Below are positions 38,101 to 53,100 of a stretch of 64,000 nucleotides of DNA, piece by piece; positions within the stretch are counted from its first letter, which is position 1; the number at the start of each line of letters is the position of its first letter. A program made the position numbers and the translations under genes. The stretch covers positions 124,001-188,000 of the forward strand of contig NW_026926145.1 in NCBI RefSeq assembly GCF_032062105.1, in the 5' to 3' direction. This DNA comes from Saccostrea cucullata. Lineage: Eukaryota. The notes beneath the pieces were generated by a model, which was not told the origin of the DNA, ran no database searches, and worked only from the letters and a program-made list of their open reading frames with translations.

Positions 38101-41100
38101 GCAGAAGAAGAGATATATATCATATTTCTTTCAGTATATGAAATAAGCTTTCCTTCTATATTTACAATGACTTGACAATGTCTTGAATATGTTTATAAAG
38201 ATAGAAACGGCCTAATTTTCCATAAATAGTAAAATATTTGATACTACCACGCACAAGGCAAGCATTATTTATCAATTGATGAATATGAATAGAAAATTTT
38301 AATCACTGACATTCTGCTTCATAAATAACAACATTTTTATTCAGTTGGTGCATAAAAACATAACTGTTACAACATTAAGTACATGGAATTGTGCATTCAC
38401 CTAATGACTTTAAACATTTGAGACTTTGTAATGATAATTATACAGATGACACCCACCTCGTCTATGTTAAGCTGCGTCAATGTGTTGGTGGAGTCACTCT
38501 GGCTTCGTTGGTGGTGCTCCGTGTCAGGGAATGAGGATAGCGGTGTGACAGCGTACGGATCCACCAGACTGGAATCGGATCCGATCGAGTGGGGGCGGCT
38601 TCCTCCGGTCTGAGAGCGGATTCGACTCCATTCCGTCTGCTGTCTCTCAGGCCTCTTCATTTCCATATAGTCTGAATCCCTGGAGGTGATTGACCTTGAT
38701 CTACGTAAACTCTCTTGTCGCTCGGCCCGGTTGCCATACTTAAGACGGAATGATTCAGATGGGGTGAGTGAAGTTTTACGTGTGGAGTCCGGTCTGGATT
38801 CAGGTTCGTCTGGACTTTTACCAGTCACTCTGTCCATGTATTTCTGTACTGCATTTCGCTGTACATCTTTGAGATTGGTGTCTTTATTGAAATCATTTGG
38901 AGACTGTGAGGTGGACATATCTGGGTTGTCAGGTGACACACTGTCAGAATCTGAGACATGTCGTTTACTGGGAGACAAACTGCTGCCATCTTTAGGAATG
39001 GAATCAGAGGTCGACCTTGGTCGATGATCAAAACTGATATCTGATGCTTCATTAGAAGATAAATCCATCTGAGATTGTATAGGAGATTTGAAATTACTTC
39101 TGGAATCATCACTGGTTTTAAATGCACCATTTTCATTGTCCATTTTCCTAGCACTAGTTCTGTCATTGAAGCGATCCTTCATAGGTCTTATTTGTTCCGA
39201 GGAAGTTCTCTTCAAATTAGAAGCTGGTAACATACCTTTTGTGGAATAAGCACTTCCCTTATTTCCTGAAAGAACATTTTCATAGTTGGATGTTTTCTCT
39301 GCTTGAGATAATTTGGACTTTCTTACGACGTCCTCCCATCGCTGGTCCTGCGTCTTATTTTCCAGAGAGTCCTCTCGAATCAAAGTCATGTGCTTATTCT
39401 CTGCATGCATTCTATTGTAGTGATCCATACGCATGTACTCTGATGAAGAATGAGACCTGGTGTGTACAACTGTGGGGGACTGTGTGGAAGACAATGATTC
39501 GCTCTCCTGTCTGCGATGAGAATGTTCATCAAACACTCCGTACGCCTTCTTCATGGAAGCACTTCTTCCCATCTGTCGACCTGTACCTAAATCAGCTGGT
39601 CGACGTGGACCATCCCCACCCCCAGGGATCAGAGGCGAGGAAGGATCCATGAACACAGAATCTGTGGACTCATGTCTAGGTTTGGAATGACCTAGATGAG
39701 AGGACTCAGAACTAAAGCGAGTACTGTTGGAAGAACGCGAGTCTGACGTACTATATGGCATCGAGGGAGATGAATCACTGCCTGGAACACCCCGAGGATA
39801 CTCCTGTGTATTAAGTACACCCTTGGAACTTTTGTCATGGCCCATTATCAAGCGATTTTGATCTTTATTTAAATCTGATCGACTCCCTGTGTGAAATTGT
39901 GGATATTTTGGAGAATACAAGGAAGGGTCTAATCCATGTCTCATATGTTTAGAACGAGATTCTGAGTTAAACACTGAATTCCTTTCACTTTCCAGTCCAG
40001 ACACGTCATGTCTCGAGTCACTGATGCTGGATCTGGATTCCGCATAGTCCCGTCCAAAAGGCAGGGAATTCTCAGTCGGATGAATCACAACACTATTGTA
40101 GGACTCTGCTTCTCTCATGCCCGGGTAATGTACAAACGTAGGTATATCAGACCCAGGGCTACGAATGCTGCTATCCTGGCTAGAGGCAGATGACAGGCGT
40201 TTCTCACTTCCATGAAGTTTCCCACCATAGTATTCTTTTGTCAGTTTTCTAAGCATTGGAGCCATGTTACAGGGATAATCTTCAGGAAACCTCTCCTTCT
40301 TTTTTGTATCCTGATTCTCTATCCTGTACCTTTGACTGTCTGTCTGTTTGTAGGTGTCACTGTCAGAACTAGACAACCTTGCCTGAATTGATTTTTCCTG
40401 GAAGTACCTATCCCCACTGGAAGAAATATCTGGAGATTTATTATCAGTTTGTGTTCCTGTGTTGTAACACACCATTTGTTTCACTACATAAGTCCTTGGT
40501 GGCTCAAATCGAAGTGAGCTACTACTAACACTCTTCCCTTCACTACCCAATGGATTTGTTCCTGTATCCACCAAACCACGTACGCCAGGGCTAGTAAAAT
40601 TGCTCTGTTTTTTATAGTCCTGATTGGGACTGTCATTATAAAATGAGGAATCATGACTTTTTATATCACTATGGTAACCACTACTGCTCCCATGCCAGGA
40701 ATCATGATGATGAGGTCCGACAATGGAAGCTATTTTTTCTGACAAAGTCTTCTCGTCTGGAGCTCGACTTTCCCGCTCGGGCGGTGACGGAATGTTGTAC
40801 TTTTCATCTCCAATACGATTCCCATCCTGATCCATCATTGGATGTGGATACCCAGGACTAGAACTGAAAAACTGTTCCATTTGACTTTCTGCACTCCTTT
40901 TTGATTCTAAATTTCTCGTTCTCTTTTCTTGATCACTTGGAGTAGGACGTTTCATAAAACGGGATAATGAAGTCTGTTTCTTAAAACCAGGGTCACTTGC
41001 ATTTCTCTTATAATCATCCCCACCCTTTCTTTCACTACTTGGACTATTTCGTTCATTCACAGGCCCAAGTTGAGGGTGGTATGCATGTTTTAATGTGGGA

Positions 41101-44100
41101 GAATTGATAGGTTCTCCGGGTTCACTCTCAATATTTGGTTGGGTTACAGGCCAGGAAGGGTACTTTTCGTGAGCCTGAGGTTTACTTCCGTACTGTAGAC
41201 TTGACACGTCCCTTACCGGAGGTGCGGGAGGTGAACACGCAGGACGGGGGTCGTACGGTTCTCTTGGAGGTCGTTGTGTCAGTTTTTGCAGCTCCAGATC
41301 AGCTGGATCAACCTCAGCTTGTGACGATACCTCATTAATGTTCTGATAATCATGCAAGTCTGATTTAAAAGGTTTGTTATTGGATGGCAGTGACTGCCTT
41401 ATGTCCTTCATTCTGTCATCAGAATGCCCTCCTGTATAATCTGTATTGTGAGGCCACGCTATCTTCTTAAACCCTTTGGGGAAAAAAAATGGCTGGTGTG
41501 CTGGGCTACGAGGAGACAGGGGTTGGGAGTGATTGTTGACCTCTGAGGTTGATTTGTGAAGGTCAAGCCTTGGTGATGGTGGCTTCTTCTGAGAAGGTTC
41601 AGCCATAGCTAGACTAGGGGAGGAGGAGGCGGGAGACAGGCGTCCTAGGCGTGTGTCCGCCATGTGAATGTCCACATGGCTACCATTGGTAGTGTCCACT
41701 CTGGAGGAAGGCCGCTGTTTTTGTGACAAATCCTGAAATTTATGAAAAAAATACATTCAATTATTTTTTCACTCCAAGTCTAATATCATGAATCTTTCAT
41801 CCTTTTTTTTCCCTTAATTTTTTTTTCAGAGAGACTAGTTTTACATGCATCTCCTCTTGCCACATTATAGTACAGGGTAAATAATTAAAAAATTTTGTCA
41901 AACTCTTTCATGTTTGAATAAATTAAATGAATTCTTCCTGGAAGAAAATTTGTCCTTCCCCATATGCTTACCTGAACTGTGTTCCATCCTTTCATAGACA
42001 TAAGTCCTCTGGAAGACTCTTCATTCTGTGTTCCTCGACTGGAAGGCCGCTGACTTGACCCGGCGGAAGATGTACTGTTTCCAGATGAATGTCGCTGTTT
42101 GTTTGGTAAAATGTCTGTATTTCTAGAGGTGTGTAAAGAATGTAGTGGTAAACTGTGTCTACCTGGTGTCACAGTATGGCTGTGTGTCAAAGGGGAGGTG
42201 GATCCAAAGGAGTGACGATTCTTGCTGGATGTAGGTTCTCTTGGAGACGAGTTATGCGAGGACAATGAAATGGAACTGGAAGAAAGGTGATTCCGGACTT
42301 TCAGGGGTGGATCTTGATGTGGCGATGTATTTAGTGCATTTGATGAGGAATGCCTTGTCTTGCTTCTTCCACTGAAAAGAAAAAAAAGAGACTTGGTCAA
42401 TAATCAATATGATATATATCAGCCATATATCTGGAACTAACAAAGGTCATTGCTGTCCATTATCTGTCTCTTTATTCTGTCACCAGTTACTGATATTATT
42501 TCCACAGTTTGGTAATCCATTTGGTATGTGGAATTTTGACACTTGCTAGCAATGGTCGCCTTTACCTTGGTGTTTGTGAATGAGAATCAATCTATTCACT
42601 TGAATCATACCTTGACGAATTATGCAACACGAAAAAGGAGACACCTAATTCTTTGTGGGATAGATACTAATTAATTATCTCACATATCAGCTCTGCACAC
42701 AAACCAGTGTGCAAACCTCTAACATGTAATATCCTGCAGACCTCAATTCATGTCATTTAAATGCAAAAATTCAAAAGCCCTGCAATATAAAGCTTTAAAA
42801 TATTTCAAGAACTTATGAAAATCTAAAAGCTCCCATAAAATCCTTTGGACAAATCTTGTTTTATAATGTCAAAGAATTAGAAAATGCTGCATGCCATTGA
42901 AGGAGGATTATGAGTGAAAAACATTAAAAACCACATTTTCTACAATTATACCACTATACTCAGTTCTACAAAGAAAGAAAAAATTTAAATCTGGAACAAG
43001 ACACCAACACAATTCCTAAAACTGACCCTAAAGGCAAACCCCACATAGATTCATCTTAATGAAATCATCAGGTTGGCATTTCAGAAAATCCTAATGCTTT
43101 GACAGTTAAATGATATTTGATACTTAAAGTTTTCTGAACTGTCAAAGTAAAATGCTCCTTAATTTGTTGTCCAGACTAAGTATGTCCCTAATTCTACTTT
43201 GGGTAAATAAGTACTGGTTATTCAAAAATTGTGGCTAACTGGAAAGTGAAACTATGTTTAACTCAGACCCATTTCAATGGGGAATTTTAATTTAAAAAAT
43301 GGTAAATATTAAAATACATGTTCAGCCAATTAATATAATTTGTTTTTATTGTACATAAAAGTTTATATAAAAAGCTTAAAAATTCTCATCTTCATGGAAA
43401 TAATCTCAAAATTCAAGGTTTTTTCAAGCAATAAAAATTCAAAATGCTTGTCAGTGTAAATTTTTACCCTAGTTTGAGCAGAAAAAAATTAATTTTTAAT
43501 TGGGGTTTTGTCCTTTTATTGGACTTACATCCAAGGATATTAAGTCTGGGGTAGCTCTTTATTTTATTCTGTGTCAGCAGGATTGAATCGGTGATTACAT
43601 TATAAATCAGGATCTGTCTGCCAAGGTTGGTAATACATACTACAGTAAGTAATTACCGGTAACAGTTCTTCTGTGCCAATTGCAAGACATGACTCACCTA
43701 CCTAGAACTGTCACACTAACACAAATGACAACATTGTACAAAGAAAAAAGAAAGTTGTTCAAACTGATTTCTTAATGTCTGAAAAGTTCTAGCTCTCTTC
43801 CTGAGATTTTTAAATAATCCCCATACCAAATGGCACTGCCACATCACTATTCTATGTTCTTAATAGCCTTTGAACAAAGAGAAATGTTTATTTGTTTTAT
43901 TTAATAATAAATATTTTAAAATTTTTTTTAAATTAAATGCATACTCACAAAAATATTATCCTGTTGAAAAAGTATTAGGAGCTGAGAATCATTAGCTAAA
44001 AAACACAAAGCAAATTCTCCTAAACTTTACCTCACCACAACTAATCATCTTCCTAATTCCCTGACAAAATCTAAACAAATATTTCACAGTTTGTTTTGAC

Positions 44101-47100
44101 AAGGAAAAGATATGCATCAAATGTCTGAAAAGAGAGAAATTTGTTTTGATGTGGAGCCTTTGCCTCCAAAAACAATGTTTATCAATATCCTCAGGTCATG
44201 TGTACTAGTGATATAATCTGGTGCAGTGCAAGGAGAAATTTTATAATAAATGGTTGACCACTGGGCCAATTTGACACTGATAGACCATTATCAACAAAAA
44301 AGGTATATAGCAAGGGGACCCCCTATGAGCTTTACATTCTATACATTCGTACAATCTGACAAACTAATTATTAAGTAAAGGCTTTATTTCTTACATAACA
44401 CCTACATATTTGACATAAAGGAAGGAAAAACCCAAACACATTTATATTCAACAAAAGTCCTTAGGTGCCCAATCCACAAATTACATGCTTAAACACATCA
44501 ATCTAACATAAATATAAGGAAACTTAAAACACAGCTGATGTAATGAAACAGAAAATAATATATGTACTTAGTCAAATGCCACCTTAAACATTGTCATGCC
44601 ATTTTAAAATGCAAATTAATTATAAGTTCCTTATTGCCTAATACACTAGAAATCATGTTCCAGATTTTAGTACTTACCGGTAATTCAAATGTCAAGTGAC
44701 CTAAATGTGGGTCACAAGAATTATTTTTCTCACTTGTAATAATTTTCTTAAAAGGTTTAACATTGAAATATCTTGTAACTTGAACAGTGGCACAAATATT
44801 TGGACCGTTATACAATCTTTGGGATATACAAGGTAAATATTGAATTAGGATTTCATAACACCATTTGTGTTACCCTAAACTCTGACAGGATTCAATTGTA
44901 TGAAGCAGATATGGGGACCTGGTATCACACGGTCTGTTTGTCTGCCTGTCACTAATGTTATGTCATTTCGATAACACACACAGTGCATTTACTATACAAA
45001 TACAGATAAAGTCAATAAAAATCCCTGTCATCCCACCTATATCATTAAAGCTACATTCCTCAGACATCAAATTCAAATGAACAGTATCAGGGGGATTAGA
45101 CAGCTATGGTGAGTCCAGGATATTACTGTAGCACGGAAATATATAAAAAGCTTTCAAAAGAAGTAACTCTTCCTAAATAAATTCCGAAAACCTACATAAT
45201 TCTACTAGTCCTGTCAAAACAACAGAGGACAGAGTTAAAACTGTCCAGAAGAAAATTATTATACTCACAGTGTACAGAAGCAGCTAACCCTTTGGTTCAC
45301 TGTTTAACATATGTACAACAGTTAGTGGTCAAACACAACACTAAGTAATGTACTTATTCACCAGATGATACCCAACATATACTCTGTACAATTATTTTAA
45401 TTGGTACTTTCCCAGGATGGACAATCCTACATTGGTCACTGCGTTCAAGTCCAGTAAGAAATGTCCTGTTCAAGAAATAATCTCGGAAGTATAAAACTTT
45501 CACTAGCCCCGTTAATTCTAGTTCAAGTAGTGGGCGCAAAACTTGACTTTTAGCAACTGTGAAAACAGTCCCAAAGAATACTAGCTGACTTTTCAGCTGC
45601 ACTCTGCCAAGAGCTGTCCTTACATTATGTGCCTGTTACAAATCCGCTTACCTGTGTGTGTAAAGGGAAAAAGGATTAGAAAAATGTCCTATGTTTTAAA
45701 GACAGCAGAGCTCTACCAGACAATATCTAATCCTTCATTCTGGCAACAGTAAAAAGGCTGTCTCCAGAAAATATTTTTAAAAAATCTGTGTCTCAGTGGC
45801 TTCAAAAGGTAAACACTGTCCACCATGTTGTCTGCATAGTGAATGCATGTAACAATATTAAGTTGTGATCATGAAAACAAATAAAGCTGACACTCAAATA
45901 CAGGCCAGTGGGGCCTTAATGCATTTAGACCATTAAATTGGTTGGGAATTGACCTTTCTCCACAAAACAGTGACCCTTTCTACTTGAACAGATACCTGTA
46001 TAGGCCTGACTTGGTCTGAGAAGAAGTAGTGTTTTTATGGAGAAACTTTTATGGTTCCTATTCAGAGCACCTATACAAATTGCCAATTACCAGCTATATG
46101 TCAATCATAAAATTCTCACTGCTCAGTGGTTTTGGTCTATATCACAAATGATGGACTGGACGTTTGTCCCTCTTCTGATCTGGGGGAGAACTATGCGTGT
46201 TCACCTGTCAGGAGCCTACAGGGCACACTGGACTGTGCACTACCAGACCTTAATTAAATAACAGTAAAACAATAACAGGAATCAGGTCATCACAAAGGCA
46301 TTACTAATCATTAATTACCCCTGGACAATGACTAGGAAGATATTAGTGCATTGGATTTGAGGAGAACAGTATGTTTATGGTTTAATGACAATCTACCACA
46401 TGCAAACACAAACAATCTGTACTCAATTGGGTTTTGGCATCATATCACATATTTGATACCCTGTTTAACTTCAAAGGAAAAAGAGCATGCATGAATTAAA
46501 TCCATATATTGTATTCAGGTCATGAGCAAACTGAAGATCATTTATGACTGTGTTTTCATTACATACATACTATACTCATGTTTTAGAGATGTTATATCTT
46601 TATTGTTTGATATAAAATATTTGACTTTGTATATAACAGTATAGTGCCAATTTAAGCTGACCAGTGAACTAGGTCAAATTACCTTCTGTATAAAAGCTCA
46701 GCAATGTCCAGACAAATGTGACAAGAGACAAATCAGGGGTGAAATGACTCCTTTTTAATTTGTAGCTATTCCTAGTCTTCATTAGTCTCCCTCTTGACAC
46801 ATATTCTGAATTGCTCAGTTGGGGAACATACCAAACAAATACAAACCCTGCAGGGTCTGAATGAAAAAGCTTAGAAATGCAGTCTCTGGAAGACATACCT
46901 ATTTAATATATTCCCTTCTTCATTTTTCTTCATGATGAGAAATAATGTGAGACTCTAGATACACCTGCGTGTGATCATCAGCCTCACCTGTAAGGAGAGC
47001 CAGGTCTATACCTCCTCTTTATCTCTCATCACAGTCACAACAACCCAATCAATAGTGCACAGAATAAAATATAAAATATCAATAATGCATGTAGGTAAGT

Positions 47101-50100
47101 AATCATAGATAAACAGATTCTAAGCTTTATTTAATCAATTTCACTCTGTACCCCAGCCAAAAAATGTTGATACAGTTAAGCTCTGCACAGGTGGTACACA
47201 GAAATTAAAAAAAAAATTACAAACAGCTGACAGGAAAGAAAAATTTAAATCCAAAAATTAACAAATAAACACTGCATATCACATCTAAACACTTACGCTC
47301 TGCCAGGGGGGATTTGGTAAAGGTATGTGAAATTTTATTGTCCAGTCAAGCATTTTGATTCATATAATAGAGAAAGTCCTCATAACATAAAAACATTAAA
47401 GCACAACATGCAGGCCTAACAAAGAAGACCTTAATTAGGAAGCATTGTGTAACATACTGTACAATTACCATCAAAGAATCACGTTAATCCGAACTAGTTT
47501 TCCGACTGGAAAAACATCACAGCAAGGGAACTGCTTGTAAAAAATTAATATTTCATCATCTGTTTTATATTCCTATCCATTTAAAAGTTGTGTACAAACC
47601 AGCCCTGGAGATCAATCACATCTTTTAATTTGACACCAGGAATGTGGGCCTTTTTAGACCACAAAAGACGTTTAAATATTTGATAATGTGCACATACTGT
47701 TGTCTACTTCTTCATTCAATATCAGTGCAATTACATCACATTTCTTATTCACTGTCAAGAATGCTGGTAATTAAACTTTGTTTGCAAATGGTAAATTTAA
47801 TAAATTATTTAAATAATGGTACTGCTACATTAAAATACCACAACTTTATATGTTAAGATAGGGGGGAATAAATAAGTCTGCTAAAGTCAATCTACTTGAA
47901 AGAGTAATGGCCAGTCTAGAATTGCAGAGTTAAAAAAAAGACACCCCTCCCCCAACAACAAACAAATTCACATTTTAAAAAATCTTTAGGACTACAATAA
48001 TATAGAGACATTCATCTACTGAGTGCTAAATTATAAGCCTTCTGAAAAGTTTATTTTAGATTTTTGGAACAACTGTACCAACAACCATTGTCATTCAAAA
48101 TTAAATGATATACATGTCTGTCTAAAACATAACTGTATGAATAGCTTGATTTTAAGTAACAAAGAAAGAGGAAAGTTAATATACAGGCATTTACCTTGAG
48201 CCTCTGACTATCCTACACAAACACCAGGTCTATGGTCAGTGAAATAAATTACATATAACCACTGTGACATAAAACTTAGATTTAAATGTCAGTGATATAA
48301 CAAACATATTAAATGGGTAATATAAAAGCCCCTTCTGCTGGTTATTATCGTCTCACCGCAAGAAACTTCTACATTTCTACCTCTATACACTAAATTCATT
48401 CTAACTAACACTAATTTATCCAACACAGTTAAGTGGTAAATGGCTAGAACTAAGGACTAGCACAAACATATCCTGATAGGATCTTTATTGTGTAAACAAT
48501 GAATCCACCAAGTTTGATTAAAACGTGTTGACAGTTTCTCTTCTTAAGAATAAATTGCCAGTAGGAGACCAATGTTTAAGATTTTTGACTTAAATCTCAA
48601 AAGTAAATACTTGTATCAACTGACCTCAGTGTTCACACCTCTTGAGGTGGTCACATTGTTTCAACATGTGAAATAGGCTAGAAAATTCAGATCTATAGTT
48701 AATCAGCTAAAGCCTGCAGAATTAGATTAGAACACAATAATTTATATCCTACTAAATTTCAACAAAATATATATTTCATTTTTTATGAATGTTTTTTTGT
48801 ATACAATACTATGAAGATTATTAATATAAAATCATTGCAGTGTACATTATTCACGTTATCCTAAAACTAGATTGATATCTTTTTATAAATACAGACCAAT
48901 CATCAAACTGGTGCTATTTCTTATACCCAATATTTTGACTTTATACTGAAATCCAGACAAAACGGTATAGCTAAGGAAAAAGATCTGTTTTCTCTTACTT
49001 TTCTAAATACATGCTTTGATTGTGACATTTTCGTCTACATGATTAGGAAGCTTGTAAAAACGACGACGGGTAGGTGTGTTCCGTGTCGTTTTCTCCCAGG
49101 TGTTTTACTTTGTGCACACCTCGCTGTACACGTAAAAATCTGATAAACAAAAAATCTCACCTTTATAAACTCTTAAATAATCCAAACAAAGGAATAAACA
49201 CATGCGTACTTACGATCATACGGCTATTTTTGATTTTTTCTTCAGACAGGTGAGTTGGGATTCTCACCTGAACGCAGGAGGAAGTATCGATGTAAAAAGA
49301 ATAGCAGAGATTACACGGTCAGACTAGTGATATCCGAACACATTCGTGCAGTTGACCCCCGGGTGTTTTTATCACTTATACCATCAATAACGTGTACATG
49401 CCATCTCTGATTTGAATTTATAGCAGTAATAAGATAAATATTAAATCTCTAGAGAAATTTACTTTGGTTTGTTTTTGTATTTAAAATGTAATCATTGGAA
49501 TGTTAAATAAATTTTCTTTTATCATCAGGAGTAACTTTGATAATACCGAGATGTCAATAGTTTTATGTTTTTTGATAACATTAACAGTATTACAATCAGT
49601 AAATTATATCAGACACATAAACAAAATTATTTTTTAAAGATGTAATTGGGATTGTTTGGATCTTAGTTTAAAAAAAGGGGGGGGGCAAAAAAACTCTTGC
49701 TGTAGATTGCTACATTAAAAAAACCAAAGAAAAAAACAAAACAAAATACTAACATTTAACTGACTCAAATTTACCTCCTTTTTTGTGAAGTGTAGATGCA
49801 AATGAAAAATGTAAATGACATGTAATTTTATTCAATCTGTAAAAATATTAAGTTTGTCACAAAAAGACATGTCAAAGTTGATGAAATTTAAATGTAATTT
49901 AATATTATTGCAATTATTAGAATAATGTTTACATTTCAGTGACCAAGGTCGCAATGTTGTGTGCACTATAAGGTTTAGCTGACATTCTGGTTTAACCACA
50001 GACAATATAGGTGTACCATGGATGGCTGGGAAAGAACAATATCCCCCCAGTACCCAGGCAGAAAATTGATTCAGATCTCTTCTCACAAAGATAAAGCAAT

Positions 50101-53100
50101 GATACGTACACCAACATTTCCTGTGTGAATTTACTTTTAACATTAAACCTTTTTTCTTTTTTTCACCAAAAAAAAAAAAAAAAAAAATCATAAAAAATAT
50201 AAATTGTTCAAAAACATTTTTGATGGATAATTTTGAAAACATGCATCAAGTATTTTTTTTTTTTTTTTTTTTTTTTTGACCAATGAACTTTGAATCTTCA
50301 AGTCTATTTGAAAAAAAAAGGACTTTTTTTTTTTTTTTGAAAAAGACATCAAATACTTAGCTTAACTTTCATCAACAAAAATTCCAAACACTTATAACCA
50401 GCATATCACAGAACCTGCACTAAATGACCCATGTGTTTAATTAATTTGTAGTTTATATGATGGAATTATATGAGGTTTATTGATTTGGAAAATACGCTAT
50501 GATATTTTGGTAGAGGCCAATCTTCTTATCCTGTTCTCTTTGACCCTGACTGTTTTATAAAATAGGATAAAAAAAATCTTGTCTTAATTAATTACACCAA
50601 TAAAATGTGGCGCAGTAATGACTAACGTCTTCAACTCAGGTAAAATATGTTACCTGAAAGAATGTGAATTCTATTCTAATGTTTCAATTCCTCTGCTAGC
50701 TGATTTATTGTCGGTTTGACATGTTAAAAGAAATTTCAAATCAATATAAATATCTTTCCAATGATGTAAAGTCATTGATTGCAGACAGGCCCGATTATTA
50801 ATAGACAAATGATTTTTTTCTTGGCGTGCCTTCGAAACCGAGAATTTCCTGGATGCCGTTGTCACCTAGAGGTACATCATGTCCCCTGACAAAATATATA
50901 AGAAATGACAAGAATGTTTGCTCTTAGCAGTCAACAAACGCACAGAAAGTAAGTCTGCCAAACTACCAAGTTTACTCCAAAACAAGTTCCTCACTCCGAA
51001 AACAAAAGTATAAATTCCAAACTTTGGCAGATTAAGAACTTGAGTACTGGTCCAATTCTTGACAAGACCCTGAATCGACATGGTAATGGAGGCCTTGACT
51101 GGGAGACAAGACAAAATGGCCGGAAACCTGTCCCTCACCAGAAAGCCTTTTTATTTGACCTCCCCCCAAACACTGTCATGAAGTCTGAACATTGATGTTC
51201 TTATTTTGGAGGATCCTACTCGTTGTTCAGGCCATTATCAGTGCTAGCTCCTACATTAAACAGGCCAAATATTCACCCAGCAATGACAAGGCACAAAGTT
51301 TATTCAATATTTGTACTCCTAGTTGATTCAGTTTAAATTTCAGACAAATATCAGTGACTACATAAAATTAAAAAATGCCTTGGTTTCTTTGTGGAAAATT
51401 CTCTCAAAAATCATGTTTAAATTATCTTTAAAATTGAGAGAAATAGATCAGGCATGGATCCAGGAATTTTTTCCAGGGGGGGGGGCACCCCTGTCAAAAA
51501 TTGATCAAGCTCAGAAATTTGTAACTTTGTTTACAGGCAAAAAAAATTAAAAGCAAAAATAAAAAAAAACAAAAACATGCCCAAATGTGAAAATCCTATT
51601 TCGTGGGTGGTGGTAGTGGTGGTGGGGATGGGGGGTAGTGGTTGACTTTTGAGTTCTATAACTGCTTCATACCTATTACTTTTCATACCAACTTAACACA
51701 GGTCGACGTTTTCGAGGGAGGGGGGTCTCAGTTTTCTAGGGGGTGTCCACGGTCACTTTTTACTTGGTGTAGTATATCAGTTTAATATCTCTGCAATATC
51801 CAGGGGGGGGGGGGGGGGGGGGGAATCTGGACTCCTCCCCTCAACCCCCCCCCCCCCTCTAGATCATGTAGATTACAGTAAAACATGTTTAGTACGAACA
51901 CGGATATAACGAAGTTTTTCTGGGTCCCCGGCAAAATTATTAACAAATCTTTGTAAAATTTTACGGTTATAACGAACTCTGATATAACGAATTTACGGAT
52001 ATAGTGAACTGATTTTGAGTCCCGTTGAGGTTAAATATAATGAATTTTATATCTTTTATAACGAACTTTCAAAGATTTCAAAATTTGAATAATTGAACTG
52101 ACTTTATTTTCTTTCAGCATTTGTATATAAAATTCAGTTCATAATAAAACTTTGTTATCGAAGGTATGTTTTGTAATATTTGCTTCACTTACATAGTTGG
52201 TAGTAATATTTGAAAGAAAACATGGATAATGCGAATTCGCTATAATGGTTACACCAATTCGTTATACGGATATAACGAATTACGGATATAACGAATTACG
52301 GATATAGCGAATTAAATTCACAGGTCCCCAGGACTTCGCTATAAACATGTTTTACTGTATAGGGATTTCTTTATATGTTCAATTGACCTGAGTCAAGGAC
52401 AGAATATTATATGCATTCATTTGCCATATGTTAACAACAAATGCATAAACACTCTTTTTCATGTATACCTGCTATAATTTAGTTTACAATATGGTGATTA
52501 GATAAAAATAATGGAACTTAAGTGGATTGAATGTCATAAATCCTTACAAATGATTTCATTTCAACACAGCTTGAAACATTAAATTATATCAATAAATCAA
52601 TTGATTTGTTTTGAATTTTCATTATCAGTAGACATTACACTGAAGTCATTCAAGGTGAATGGTACACATGGATACCACAGTGTCAATTCTCCCATCTGTG
52701 ATCAGCTGATTTCTGCCTTCCCCTAGGGGGGTCACACTATTACAGGTAAAAGTAAATCAGTTGTGTGCATGTCTAGCTTTGATTAAGTGAAGAATTAAGT
52801 ATCTACATAGATCTATCTGAACCAAAATACACAAGTCCAACTGTTTTTCACTCGGTCCTCAATCGTCAGAAATGACCAGATCACCGTTACTGTTTGATTT
52901 CTTACCTGTCTAAAGGTAAATCTATCCCTCACACTGTACACACACACACTTCTATCCAATATTATCCAACACAAATATGTCTTCCAGATTTCAAATCAGA
53001 CTAGTCCCAAGGAAATCTCTGATTTCTTTGTCTCTATAAACTTGAGAGTGGAGTTATGCTATTTCCGGCTGTCTAAATATATACACTTGAAAGTACCTTT

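Noticed and set aside
38431-41338. Plus-strand and alternate-frame ORFs over the Shroom giant exon (likewise 25415-25970, 29750-30370, 18093-18482)
   Set aside because: Shadow ORFs of real coding exons with no independent support.
49670-50345. 136-aa ORF 49832-50242 and long poly-A/T tracts
   Set aside because: Low-complexity homopolymer region; the F/K runs are translations of T/A tracts.
51803-51860. G-quadruplex or regulatory G/C tracts
   Set aside because: They belong to the terminal region of a repeat element, and homopolymer lengths are unreliable.
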